Source: a virus
DNA: 64,000 nucleotides
Virus record (IMG/VR): IMGVR_UViG_3300025593_000028
Location: 1 to 64,000 of that record
Strand: one strand, 5' to 3'
Shown here: piece after piece, positions 9,652 to 19,216 of the stretch
Numbering within the stretch: the first letter of the stretch is position 1
Layout: every line of letters begins with the position of its first letter
The notes under the pieces: generated by a model
The model's database searches: none
Told to the model about the DNA's origin: nothing
The model's input: the letters and a program-made list of their open reading frames with translations, nothing else
Program-made: the position numbers and the translations under genes

Positions 9652-10895
9652 GCGAGTAGCTCACCCTTCGCCGCCTCCACGAGGTCTGACGGTGCTCGGC
9701 CCACGTACTCGCTGGCGTCGATCTCGATCCCCAGCGAGCCGGCCATCGCCTCTGCCTGCTCGGCGTCGAGCTCGTCCAGCTCCTCTTCGACGTCGACCCT
9801 CCCGGCGCGCACCAGCGCGGGGTCGAGCGCCTCCCTGCAGTTCGTCGTCATGATCGTGATCATCCCGTGCGGGGTCCAGACCCCGTCGAGCGAGTTCAGC
9901 ATGCCGGCGATCGACGCCTTGTCGTCGCGTTCGTCGCGCTCGGTGGCGGCGTGGAACACGTCGACGTCCTCGAGCAGGAGGACCGACCTCGGCTTGATCG
10001 CGGCGACGTACTGGGTGAGGTTCGAGTCTTTCTCGATGTCGCCCAGCGGGAGGTAGTACGTATCGAGCCCGAACTTCGCGGCGAGCGCCTTCGCGACGCT
10101 CGTCTTGCCGGTGCCGGGCGGGCCGTGGAGCAGGTAGCCTCTGTGCCAGGGCTGCCCGAGCCGCATGTACTCGCGCTCCGCCTTGAGGAACCCGTCTAGG
10201 TCGTCGACCAGTCGCTCGAGCTGCCCGCTCTTGAGCACGACGCTGTCGAGCTCGCGGGCGGGAGCGTCCCCACGCCGCACCCATTCCCCTCCCCAGCGCG
10301 ACGGCATGAAGAGCGTGGGTTCAGGGTCCTTGGCCCGCTTCGACTCGAGCAGCCCGTCGATCATCTCGACCACGGCGTCCCGTCCGGCCGCGTCCCTCGC
10401 GGTGAAGGTGATCTTCTCCATGTACTGCCGCCAGTTCTCAGGGAGGCTGGCGCGCTCCGGCACGTTCTCGCGCTCGACGGACACCACGACCACGTGGCCG
10501 TCGACCCTGACCTGCTGCCTGCGGCTGCCGTCGTACCGCAGCTTGAGCTTCTTCACCTCGCGGAACCCCGCGCCCCCGTCCGAGTCCTCGTCGTCCTCGA
10601 GCACGACCTCCGTCTGCGCGATCATCGCGCGGCGCTCGGCCTCGGGCATCTTCCCCAGCACCCACTCGTGCAGGTCCGGGTACGCCTCGTCGGTCCCCGC
10701 GACGGTGATCGTGAAGTCTTCCGTCGACTCGCGCCGGTCCCAGAGCCACTTCGCCGCGGGCCAGAGCAGCCGCCCGACGGCGACCGCGGTCGCGACCTGC
10801 CCGGCCCTCTTGCCGCCCCTCCGCTCGAGCAGCGACAGCGCGGCGGAGGCGTCCCCCGCCCCGCCCCCGGCCTTGGGTGCGTCTTCACCGCTCAC
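9648..10895 (-). CDS. BCS1-like AAA+ ATPase
   Basis: RGYLLHGPPGTGKTS (Walker A), LLLEDVD (Walker B), MLNSLDG, MTTN...LDPALVRAGRVD. Confidence 0.9.
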   Translation of the reverse strand: MSGEDAPKAGGGAGDASAALSLLERRGGKRAGQVATAVAVGRLLWPAAKWLWDRRESTEDFTITVAGTDEAYPDLHEWVLGKMPEAERRAMIAQTEVVLEDDEDSDGGAGFREVKKLKLRYDGSRRQQVRVDGHVVVVSVERENVPERASLPENWRQYMEKITFTARDAAGRDAVVEMIDGLLESKRAKDPEPTLFMPSRWGGEWVRRGDAPARELDSVVLKSGQLERLVDDLDGFLKAEREYMRLGQPWHRGYLLHGPPGTGKTSVAKALAAKFGLDTYYLPLGDIEKDSNLTQYVAAIKPRSVLLLEDVDVFHAATERDERDDKASIAGMLNSLDGVWTPHGMITIMTTNCREALDPALVRAGRVDVEEELDELDAEQAEAMAGSLGIEIDASEYVGRAPSDLVEAAKGELLA

Positions 10896-11236
10896 TTGAA
10901 CTCCGGACCTTCGCTCAGCGACCAGTCCCTCGGGTCCTCCTCGAGCACGCCCTCGCGCACCAGCGACCCGATGGCCAGCGACCAGACGGACCCGCTCGGT
11001 CCCTGCCAGGGCTTCTCGTCCTTGACGCGCATGCGGACCGACTTGCCGGCCTCTACTAGCTCCGGCTTGCTCCACGGCGGGGGCCCGATCCTGCGCGCTC
11101 CCTCGCAGTGCGGGCACGGCCACTCGAAGTCGGGGGCCATGCAGAGCGCCGCCTGGATCGCCCCGGCGGCTTCCGAGATTTCCCCGGCCAGCTTCTTCGT
11201 CACGGCGTCCACGCCGTCTTCGTACTCTGCCGTCAC
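10892..11236 (-). CDS. hypothetical protein with CPHC motif
   Basis: VTAEYEDGVDAV...WPCPHCEG; coupled to neighbouring genes. Confidence 0.55.
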   Translation of the reverse strand: MTAEYEDGVDAVTKKLAGEISEAAGAIQAALCMAPDFEWPCPHCEGARRIGPPPWSKPELVEAGKSVRMRVKDEKPWQGPSGSVWSLAIGSLVREGVLEEDPRDWSLSEGPEFK

Positions 11237-11238
11237 TC

Positions 11239-12051
11239 TCACGACGACCACGCCTCCTGCGCCATCTGGACAGCGAGCCGGTTGATCGCGCCCCAGTCGG
11301 GCTCCCCCGGCAGCTTGCTCGCTCGACCGAACGTCTCGAGGTTCTCGTCCAGCCTGTGGGCGAGCCGCTCGACGCGGTACTTCGACCACTCGCCGCGCTT
11401 GATCTCGAGCAGCTCCTCCGCGTCGCCGGCCTCCCGCCGGTCCACGGTCATCCTGCCGGTGTCGAGGAACTCGATCCCCTGCCGCAGGATGCGCACGAGG
11501 TGCGACGCCTGCTTCACGTCGTAGCCGTAGCGGTCGAAGAGCTCCTTGCGCTTCTCCCCCATGTAGCCCTGGTACGAGCCGCTGAACATCTTCCTGAGCT
11601 GGCCCTGCGCGTAGCCGCGGAACGCGGGGTACGCGCGCATCGAGCTGAACAACTCGCGACGGTCCAGCAGCATCCGCCCGGCCGGCTCGATCCACGCGTA
11701 CATCTCGTCCGGCATCCACAGCAGCGCGAGCATGTTCGGGTTGCCCTTCGCGAGCAGCCTCAGCGCCTTCCGCCACTCGTAGCAGACGACGTCCCACTGG
11801 CCCTGCCGGACCTCGACGGTCCCGCGCGAGCCGAACTCGCGCAGCCCGAGCGCGTACTCTTCGTCCGGCACGACGACGCCCATCAGGTCCCGGTCGTCGA
11901 ACGCGTCCGGCTCCTCGGGCGGCACGTAGGTGCCGTGCGCCACGCTCCCGCGCCAGCCCAGCAGCACGCAGCCCTGGCCGAGCGCGTGGTCGTTCGTCGC
12001 GCAGACCTCGGCGAAGTCCTCGCCGCACACGCTGTCCACGATCTCGCTCAC
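11239..12051 (-). CDS. Pol-beta-superfamily nucleotidyltransferase (YcgL/RlaP-like)
   Basis: RGSVAHGT...DDRDLMGV (GS + DxD), KGNPNMLALLW, YDVKQASHLVRIL, IKRG. Confidence 0.85.
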   Translation of the reverse strand: MSEIVDSVCGEDFAEVCATNDHALGQGCVLLGWRGSVAHGTYVPPEEPDAFDDRDLMGVVVPDEEYALGLREFGSRGTVEVRQGQWDVVCYEWRKALRLLAKGNPNMLALLWMPDEMYAWIEPAGRMLLDRRELFSSMRAYPAFRGYAQGQLRKMFSGSYQGYMGEKRKELFDRYGYDVKQASHLVRILRQGIEFLDTGRMTVDRREAGDAEELLEIKRGEWSKYRVERLAHRLDENLETFGRASKLPGEPDWGAINRLAVQMAQEAWSS

Positions 12052-12642
12052 CGGCTGTCCCCTTCCTCCAACCGCACGATCGCGTCTTCGAGCACCTCGC
12101 GCACGGCCTGTTCCTCGACGAGCGTGAAGCCGCCCTCGATCCTCTCCTCCAGCTCGACGATCAGCTCGGTCGTGAATTCTTCGATGCTCAGCATGGTCGT
12201 CATCCCGTCACCGTCCTCGATTCGCGGCGCCTGCGCCGTTCGTCTGCCTGCAGCTCCATCCTCTCGCGCACCTCCGACATCATCGTCCGGGCGACCGCGA
12301 TCGCGCGCTCTTCTCCGGTCCCGTGGTCGCGCCTCCACCAGCGCTTCTTCTTGTCCTTGAACCCGTCCCCGGCCACTTTCAGGTTCGTGTACCAGTCGTA
12401 GGTGCACGCCATGATCGCGTTGTCTACCTCCTTGGGCCTCTCGCCCGGGCAGACCGCGTAGGACCACGTGCCGTTCGCGCGCTGCCAGACCTCCGCCCAG
12501 AGTTTTCCGTCTCTCACGGTCATCGACTCCTCCTGTATCTAGCCGGCTTCAAGTGCTCGGGCCGGGCTTCAATGTTCTTCCGGGCGCGTTCGAGCGCCCT
12601 CCGCAGCCAGCCGCGTCTCGGTTCGTAGCGCACCGCGGTCAC
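12048..12642 (-). other. small hypothetical ORFs (12048-12203, 12200-12523, 12520-12642)
   Basis: Coupled overlaps. Confidence 0.5.
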
Positions 12643-13022
12643 CCCACGTCGATGAACTTCGGGAACCGGTCGAAGAAGCGGTGCGACGCGTCGTTCCACG
12701 GCAGCACGCCGCACTCCGGCACGCGCCTCCCCACGGCTTCCGCGAGCCGGCGGCCGATCCCGTTCCGCCTGAACTTCGGCTTCACGTAGAAGTGCGCGAC
12801 CGGGCCGTCGTACCAGCGGTCGTTGAAGACCAGCGCCCACCCCGCGAGCTCGCCCTCGACCGTCCTGACGAGGAGGGCCGTGCCGTCCTTGATCCCGCGG
12901 TCGCGGATCCTGCGCAGCGCCTCTCCCATCTGCCCGGTGCGGTAGCAGACCTTCTCGCACTCGGCCGCTTCGTCGTCCGTCATCAGGTGCACGCGCTTGT
13001 GCGTCAGCCTGCGCGTCTCCAT
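12639..13022 (-). CDS. GNAT acetyltransferase
   Basis: FYVKPKFRRNGIGRRL acetyl-CoA motif A; N...HRFF motif B. Confidence 0.85.
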   Translation of the reverse strand: METRRLTHKRVHLMTDDEAAECEKVCYRTGQMGEALRRIRDRGIKDGTALLVRTVEGELAGWALVFNDRWYDGPVAHFYVKPKFRRNGIGRRLAEAVGRRVPECGVLPWNDASHRFFDRFPKFIDVG

Positions 13023-13198
13023 CAGATCGTGGGGATCGCCCTGGCGATCTCGTGCGCGGTCTCGACCAGCATGTCTGCCGCGCACCCGGCCTGGTCCACG
13101 TCCGGCTCGGACCTCGACATCTCGTACTCGAGCGTGCTCAGGTCCGACTCGAGGTCGCCCATCAGGCCGAGCACCCTGTCCCTCTCCTCCTTGTCCAC
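13022..13198 (-). CDS. hypothetical protein
   Basis: GTG start with AGGAGAGG RBS; VDKEERDRVLGLMGDLE... Confidence 0.6.
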   Translation of the reverse strand: MDKEERDRVLGLMGDLESDLSTLEYEMSRSEPDVDQAGCAADMLVETAHEIARAIPTI

Positions 13199-13225
13199 GG
13201 CACCTCTCCTTTCCTCGTACGGGTA

Positions 13226-13299
13226 TCTGTGCGGCGGGATTTGAACCCGCGACCGCCCGGTCCCGAACCGGGAGCTCTACCAGACCGAGCCCCGCACAG
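13226..13299 (-). tRNA. tRNA-Pro(CGG)
   Basis: Cloverleaf: CTGTGCG/CGCACAG acceptor, CCCGG-TTCGGGA-CCGGG anticodon arm, GCGGG-TTCAAAT-CCCGC T arm; C1-G72, A73, no encoded CCA; own TG-A-TAGGAT promoter. Confidence 0.85.
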
Positions 13300-13311
13300 G
13301 CCCAGATCCTA

Positions 13312-13815
13312 TCAGGTCTTCGCGCCCTCGGCGAAGTACAGCAGTACCTCCACGTGTTCGTCCGTCAGCCCCTCGTACAGCTCGGGTTCCACGATCGCGT
13401 AGCGGCCCCCGACCTGGTCGTCGAGCACCCAGCCGGTGCTCTCGAGCACGCCTCGTTCCCAGTCGGCGTCGTCGTCGACGAAGGCCCAGTCCCGGCCGTC
13501 CGCGTAGTCGACGATCGCCGTCAGCTTGCTGTGCTCCCGCATACCGCGAGTCGGGCTGAAGCGCCCCGACCGCTGCCACTCGATCACGGGGAGCTCGGGC
13601 AGCCCCACCATCGGGGCGATGTGCTCGTTCGCCATTCCTTCCCAGGTCGTGCACCACGCGATCTCGAACGCCTCGCCCAGCCGCTCGAGCCGCTCCGCGG
13701 TCCCCCGTGGGACGCAGATCCTGAACCCCTCGGCATAGAACTCCTGGCCGGTGCCGCTGTTCGGAACGACGGTGTTCAGCACCCCGTCCACGTCGAGCGC
13801 CAGCAGCGGCTTCAC
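13312..13815 (-). CDS. HAD-family phosphatase (Swiss-army-knife RNA-repair-like HAD)
   Basis: LLALDVDGVLN, WCTTW, WAFVDDD, GLTDEH. Confidence 0.8.
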   Translation of the reverse strand: MKPLLALDVDGVLNTVVPNSGTGQEFYAEGFRICVPRGTAERLERLGEAFEIAWCTTWEGMANEHIAPMVGLPELPVIEWQRSGRFSPTRGMREHSKLTAIVDYADGRDWAFVDDDADWERGVLESTGWVLDDQVGGRYAIVEPELYEGLTDEHVEVLLYFAEGAKT

Positions 13816-13997
13816 GAGAGCACCCCCACGATCCAGAACGCCATCCCGGCGCCGCCGAAGATCCCGCCCGTGACCCTCCAGTCTTCGCTTGCGGCCGTGT
13901 TGCCACGCCGGCCGTAGAGCTCTTTCAACCCTATGCACGCCCAAGCCGCCACGATGCAGCCCCACAGCAGCGCGAGCCTCGCGGTCTCGTCCATCAC
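13812..13997 (-). CDS. small membrane protein
   Basis: Two hydrophobic segments. Confidence 0.55.
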   Translation of the reverse strand: MMDETARLALLWGCIVAAWACIGLKELYGRRGNTAASEDWRVTGGIFGGAGMAFWIVGVLS

Positions 13998-14037
13998 GAC
14001 CTCCCTCTCTGTAGCAGGTTCAAGATCCCGAGCACCA

Positions 14038-14790
14038 TCACAGCTCGAACTCCATTACCGGGTGCTGGCCGGCCCTGTACGAGTCCGTCAGCCAGGACAC
14101 GTTCGCGAGCTCCATGCCGCGGTCGTCCTTGCCGGGGAACGACCACCGGCCGTAGCCTTCGTGGTTGTGCCCGAAGACGCAGAGCCGGGGCTCGTGTTCG
14201 CGCACCCAGCCGGTCAGCGCCTCGCTGCCCAGCCAGCGCGCGATCCCGTTCGGGCCCCCGACGCGGTCCCCGAACCCGGACGCGGGGCCGTGCGAGATGA
14301 CGACGTCCGCGTCGGACGGGATGTCGTTCACGACGTTCGCCATGTCCACGGCGCCGGGCTTGTCGTAGGTCGGGCCCATCGAGCGCTCCTGCGCTTCGAA
14401 CGCCCAGCCCGAGACGTCCGGCCCGAGCGACCACGGCGTGCCGTAGATCTTCAGCCCGAGCACCTCGCACCACCCATCGCAGAGGTACGTCGTCCACGGG
14501 GGCAGCACGCCGCCCGCGATCAGCTCGTCTACGAACTCTCCCTTGCTGCCGCTCTTGCCGACCTCCTGCAGGACGAAGTCGTGGTTGCCCGCGATCCAGA
14601 CGACCTGCTTGGCCTGCACCTCTTCGAGCCATTCTGCCCACTCGTTGTTCAGCCACTCGAGCTGGAATTCCAGGGAGTGGTCCCAGGCCGGGCACACGTC
14701 GCCGGCCACGAGGAGCAGGTCGCACGCGCCGACGTCCAGCGCGGGGTGCGGCAGGTCGCCGTGCAGGTCGGATGTGGCTTTGACGATCAC
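14038..14790 (-). CDS. calcineurin-like metallophosphoesterase
   Basis: SDLHG, AGDV, AGNHD, SHGP, FGHNHE motifs. Confidence 0.9.
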   Translation of the reverse strand: MIVKATSDLHGDLPHPALDVGACDLLLVAGDVCPAWDHSLEFQLEWLNNEWAEWLEEVQAKQVVWIAGNHDFVLQEVGKSGSKGEFVDELIAGGVLPPWTTYLCDGWCEVLGLKIYGTPWSLGPDVSGWAFEAQERSMGPTYDKPGAVDMANVVNDIPSDADVVISHGPASGFGDRVGGPNGIARWLGSEALTGWVREHEPRLCVFGHNHEGYGRWSFPGKDDRGMELANVSWLTDSYRAGQHPVMEFEL

Positions 14791-15454
14791 GCGCCCGGGT
14801 TCTCGATCCTGACCGGGACCCCGAACACGCGAGCCGGCTCGTCGTAGTAGCCGGTCGTGACGGCCTGGCCGTCGGTGACTTCGACCGGCGTGAGTTCCTG
14901 GTCCGCGCTCACGTAGTGGACCATCCCGCCTTCCCCGAAGTGCGGCACGACGTAGCGCGTGGGCATCGACCTCATCGAAGCGTGCTTCTTCACGAGCCAG
15001 TCGAACTGGTGCTGCCAGAGCAGGATCTCGTCCACGCCGTCCTCGGCGCGCCGTACGTCCTTGTACATCGGAGCAAGCTCCAGCGGCTCGGCGACCCCGA
15101 GGTACGAGATGATGTGCTTGCCGCGCATCACTCGACCTCCACAAGCATCGCCACTGTGAAGCCCGCTAGGTCCTCCAGCTTCTCCAGGAGGTCGACGTCT
15201 CCGACCCAGACGTCCGCGCCGTAGCCTGGCGTGTAGGTGCCGTAGCCGAATTCTCCTTCTCGAGCGTGAAGGTCTCCCTCGGCCACGCTCTTGGCGTTCT
15301 CGGCCCAGAGCGTCACTTTAGCCGGCCGGTCCTCGAAGCCGAGCAGGTCCTCAAGCTCGGACACCACGAACCGCCCGCCGATCTTCACGTCCACGGTTTC
15401 TTCGCCGACGATCTCGACGATGCCATCGAACTCGAGCTTAGATGCCTCACTCAT
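14787..15454 (-). other. two hypothetical ORFs (14787-15131, 15128-15454)
   Basis: Coupled overlaps; ordinary composition. Confidence 0.6.
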
Positions 15455-15459
15455 CTAGA

Positions 15460-16005
15460 TCACTCCTTGAAGTAGTCGTCCGCGCGCGTGAACGGTACCC
15501 CCGCACGCCACGCGGCCTCTCTGTCGGTCTCCATGTCGCCCACGTACAGGGTCGTGCTCGGCTCCTCGCCGAGGTCGCACATCGCGGCGAGCAGCATCCC
15601 AGGCCGCGGCTTGCGCATCGGGTCATCGAAGGCGTACGGGTTCGGGCTGCCGAAGTCTGGCGCCCCTGGGTGACCGTACGCCTCGTACCACGACCAGCGC
15701 CCGGCCTTCCAGTCGAGCGGGCCGACTCCGAACTCAAATTCGCACGCCGCGCGCTTGTCCCTGCAGTCGTCTACGCTTAGGTGGCCCCACGCCACGCCGG
15801 CCTTGTTGGTGCAGATCGCCACCTTGACGTCAGCGTCGAGGAGCGCGCTGAGCTTCTCGCGTCGCCCCGGCAGCACGTTCACGACGTGGAACGGGAGCAC
15901 CTCCTCGAACTCGCCCGATTCGCCGTCAGCGCCCATTCGGCGCACGTGGCCCTCGATGAGGGTGCCGTCGAGGTCGAACGCGACGAGCCGCGGATGCGGC
16001 GTCAC
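15460..16005 (-). CDS. HAD-IIIA phosphatase (GmhB/PNKP 3'-phosphatase-like)
   Basis: AFDLDGTL, ICTNK, RKPRPGML, YVGDMETD. Confidence 0.85.
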   Translation of the reverse strand: MTPHPRLVAFDLDGTLIEGHVRRMGADGESGEFEEVLPFHVVNVLPGRREKLSALLDADVKVAICTNKAGVAWGHLSVDDCRDKRAACEFEFGVGPLDWKAGRWSWYEAYGHPGAPDFGSPNPYAFDDPMRKPRPGMLLAAMCDLGEEPSTTLYVGDMETDREAAWRAGVPFTRADDYFKE

Positions 16006-17719
16006 AGTACCCCGTCCTCTGCGTCGATCGACACCTCAACGTCCTCGGGCGCAGGCCCGCCGAGCTGTTCCAGCGTCGGCAACCCTACGGTGACTAGCCG
16101 GCGCGCCTCGAAGAACGGGTCCTCGCCGCTCCAGTCCTCTACTGGAGGGCTGTGGTAGTGGCCCCTCTTGTAGCCCTCGGCCGGCTCGCCCTCGGCACGG
16201 TCTGACACCTGAGCGCCGCACGCTGGGCACACGTACACCACGTATGCTCGCACGCGCTCACCCACGGCTCGCCACCAGGTACCAGCCGGCCCTCTCCCAG
16301 TACAGCCCCAACTCGAGCTCGTCCAGCTTGCCCTGGATCGCGTCAGGATCGCTCGCGTCGACGGCCTCGGTCAGCGCGCCGAGGTCGACCTCCGACGCGG
16401 CCTCCGCGTAGCACCCGGCCGACGCGGCGTCGAGCCGCAGCATGGGCACCTGGTCCCAGATGTCCCAGTCCCACTCGCCGCCCCACGCGATCGACAGGCC
16501 CGTGCCGTCGAGCGAGCCGTCGTGCTCGAACTGCAGCTCGCCGTCCTCGTCGACGTGCGCCTCGAGCCAGTCCTGCTCGAGCGCGAGCCCGTAGCAGAGC
16601 TCGGCCCCCACGTGCATCCCCATCAGTCCAGTCCTCCCTCGACCCAGCCTAGCGGCGGGTCCCACGCCCGCGCTCCGGGCCCGGTTCTAGCGTGTGTCCA
16701 GCCGAGCGACTCCAGTACTTCTTCTCGCCACCTGCACTCTCGACCCGACAGGTTGTTGCGCTGGCCTCCCCCGCCCCATGACCTACCGAGGTTGAGGTGC
16801 CACATCTTGTTGCGTATCTTCTGCGGGGATGGGTACACGCCCACGCCGACGAGGCCGTGTACTACAAACTTGAACTTCTCCTCTGCCGGGGTCATTCGTG
16901 CCAGTCCGCCAGCAGCCCCGGTCGCTCGGACCAGACCCCGTCGATCCTAGACAGCCCCGACCCGTTGTACTCGCGCTCGAACTGCGCCATCTTCGTAGCG
17001 CGCACGGCCTCGAGTACCCGCTCGGCGCTCTCGCCCTGCTCCGCGGCCCAGAGGACCACGGTGCCGAAGGTGTCGTCGATCCACACTTCCCAGACCGGGT
17101 ACATCAGTCTCCTTCCTCTTGCGCGCTGCGCGCGTCGAGCAGCTCGGCTTCTAGGTCCTGCAGCCTCGACCACGCCTCCTCCGCGCGGAGCAGCGCGTCG
17201 TCTAGGTCGCATTCGATGCGCCAAGCGTCGTCACGCAGGTCGTCGTGTTCTGCCTCTGCAGATTCGACGTCTGCTTCGATCTCGTCTATCGCCCTCGGCT
17301 CGCTCACGAGTAGCTCACCGAGGCATTGCTCGCGACGTAGCCCAGGACGTAGCCGATCCCGACGACCTGCCAGAACGACAGCCCGAAGCCCGCGATCACG
17401 TTCAGCCCGATCCAGACGACGACGGACGCGAAGACGAGCCCGATCGTGCTCGCGAGGACCATCAGCACGAGCCAGCCCACGATCAGCGTGCCCAGCTTGT
17501 CGGCGGTCATGCGTAGTCCGCCAGCAGGTCGTCGACGGCCCGCACGCCGCGGTACAGCTCGGAGAACGCGTCTCCCAGCCCCGGCAGCAGCTCGTTCAGT
17601 GGCTCCACCGTGTCCGGCCCTCCCAGGCCAGAGTGGTAGACCATCTCGGCCGCGCCGCCCTCGTAGTCCATCTTGTCCACGAGGTCCTGCACGGAATCGT
17701 ATCCCAGCGAATCCCCCAC
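16002..17719 (-). other. hypothetical ORFs 16002-16265, 16258-16623, 16623-16895, 16892-17104, 17104-17307, 17304-17510 (membrane), 17507-17719
   Basis: Continuous translational coupling downstream of the promoter at ~17757-17801. Confidence 0.6.
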
Positions 17720-17756
17720 GTTCGGCTCTCCCCCTCCAGGTAGCACTGTTAAGCAC

Positions 17757-17853
17757 ATCGTATCAGGTCCCCGGGCCGGCCGTATTAAGCCTTCGTTAAG
17801 GCGTGCCGACCCGGGTAGCGGTCCTGACCCCGCTGTGCGGGGACTATATCAGG
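17757..17853 (-). promoter_or_regulatory. tandem promoters: CCTGATATAGT (~17843-17853) and CTTAAC-N5-CTTAAT...CCTGATACGAT (~17757-17801)
   Basis: Same motif family as at 3265 and 8022. Confidence 0.7.
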
Positions 17854-17857
17854 TTGA

Positions 17858-18646
17858 TCAGGCGCCCGAGGGGCGGTAGATCGAGCGCCAGTCGGCCGAG
17901 TAGCTCGGGTCGCAGAGCATCTGCCACGGCATCAGGCAGTAGCCCGACAGCCCCCAGCCGGATCCCCACGAGTTCCTCACGAGCCCGTACTCCGGCCGGT
18001 CCTTGAGGTACCCGACCAGCAGGACCTCGTGGCCGCCCAGCTGCCGCTCGCGCGGCCCGGGCATCGGGACGACCCCGGTCCGCTCGACGGTGCTCGACTC
18101 GAAGCTCTCGAAGACCGTGAACCCGAACGCGACCGTCTGCCGGTTCGACAGCAGCCTCTTGAGCGCGTCCCTACGGTCCTCCCAGCTCCGCTTGAGCGGC
18201 AGCCCCGGGTGGACGTAGCGGCCGATCTTGTGCTGGCCCGCGGCGTCGAACGCCTCGGGAGACGGCTTGTCGGCGAACTTGGAGATGTCGTACGGCCAGA
18301 GGTCCTCCGGCGGGGCTCCGGTCTTCCTTAGGGCCTTGAAGCCGTCGTGGCCGTAGGCGCCCGAGTCTTCGCTGACGGTCCCCTCTCGGAGCCTCTCTAG
18401 GTAGTAGATGAACAGGCGGCTCGGGGTACCGAAGTGGTCCCCGTCGAGGATGCAGTCGTACTCGAACGCGCCCGCGATCGCGTTGCCCGTGCACGAGCCC
18501 AGCTGGCCCTGGTCGTAGGGGTCCGGCATGTCTGACCTGGGGTCGACCTCGTCGGCGATCGTCAGCCCGCTCGGGTCGGCAGGGGTGTCTCGGAAGTCGG
18601 GGTGGGACGGCTTCCATCCGTAGAAGCGTGTCGTGGGCGTTGGCAA
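17858..18646 (-). CDS. papain-like C1 cysteine peptidase
   Basis: DQGQLGSCTGNA (Gln/Cys), GGHEVLLVGY (His), RNSWGSGWG (Asn). Confidence 0.92.
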   Translation of the reverse strand: MPTPTTRFYGWKPSHPDFRDTPADPSGLTIADEVDPRSDMPDPYDQGQLGSCTGNAIAGAFEYDCILDGDHFGTPSRLFIYYLERLREGTVSEDSGAYGHDGFKALRKTGAPPEDLWPYDISKFADKPSPEAFDAAGQHKIGRYVHPGLPLKRSWEDRRDALKRLLSNRQTVAFGFTVFESFESSTVERTGVVPMPGPRERQLGGHEVLLVGYLKDRPEYGLVRNSWGSGWGLSGYCLMPWQMLCDPSYSADWRSIYRPSGA

Positions 18647-18712
18647 GGTGGCGAGCTCCTCTCAGTCTATGAAACGGTTTCTTGGGCACATCGTGCCCAG
18701 TATGATCTTACG

Positions 18713-19216
18713 ATGCCGGGCGAGGACGTGTCCAAGCAGCTCAGCCCCGCTCAGCGGGGAGCGGTGGCGCTCGAGGTCGCCGGCCGCAAGACGGACGAGA
18801 TCGCCGAGACCCTGGACGTCTCGGCGGGGACGCTGCGCAAGTGGAGGAAGCTGCCGCTCTACCAAGTCGCGCTCGACGAGCAGGGTCGGCGCGCGAGCGA
18901 GGCGCTACAGCCCATCATCACGGAGGTGCACAACGAGCTCGCCCAGGGTGTGCGCGAGGCCTTCAAGACGCTGGTGCGCAACATGGACTCGGACGACGAG
19001 AAGATCAGCAACGACGCCGCGATCGCGCTCGCGAAGTACGCAGACTTCCTCATCGAGAAACCTGGGAGGCGGGGCGGCGACGGCGACGGCGGCGGGGCAG
19101 CGGCCGCGCAGGCCGTCGTGAAGGTGTCGATCTCGGAGGACGTGGCCCGCGAGGGCTCGCCGTTCCACGTGGACGCAGAGGACGTAGAGGTGGAGGACGC
19201 AGAGGTCGTCGAGTGA
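18713..19216 (+). CDS. terS: terminase small subunit (N-terminal HTH)
   Basis: HTH EIAETLDVSAGTLRKW; immediately precedes terL; TATGAT 6 nt upstream of ATG. Confidence 0.7.
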   Translation: MPGEDVSKQLSPAQRGAVALEVAGRKTDEIAETLDVSAGTLRKWRKLPLYQVALDEQGRRASEALQPIITEVHNELAQGVREAFKTLVRNMDSDDEKISNDAAIALAKYADFLIEKPGRRGGDGDGGGAAAAQAVVKVSISEDVAREGSPFHVDAEDVEVEDAEVVE

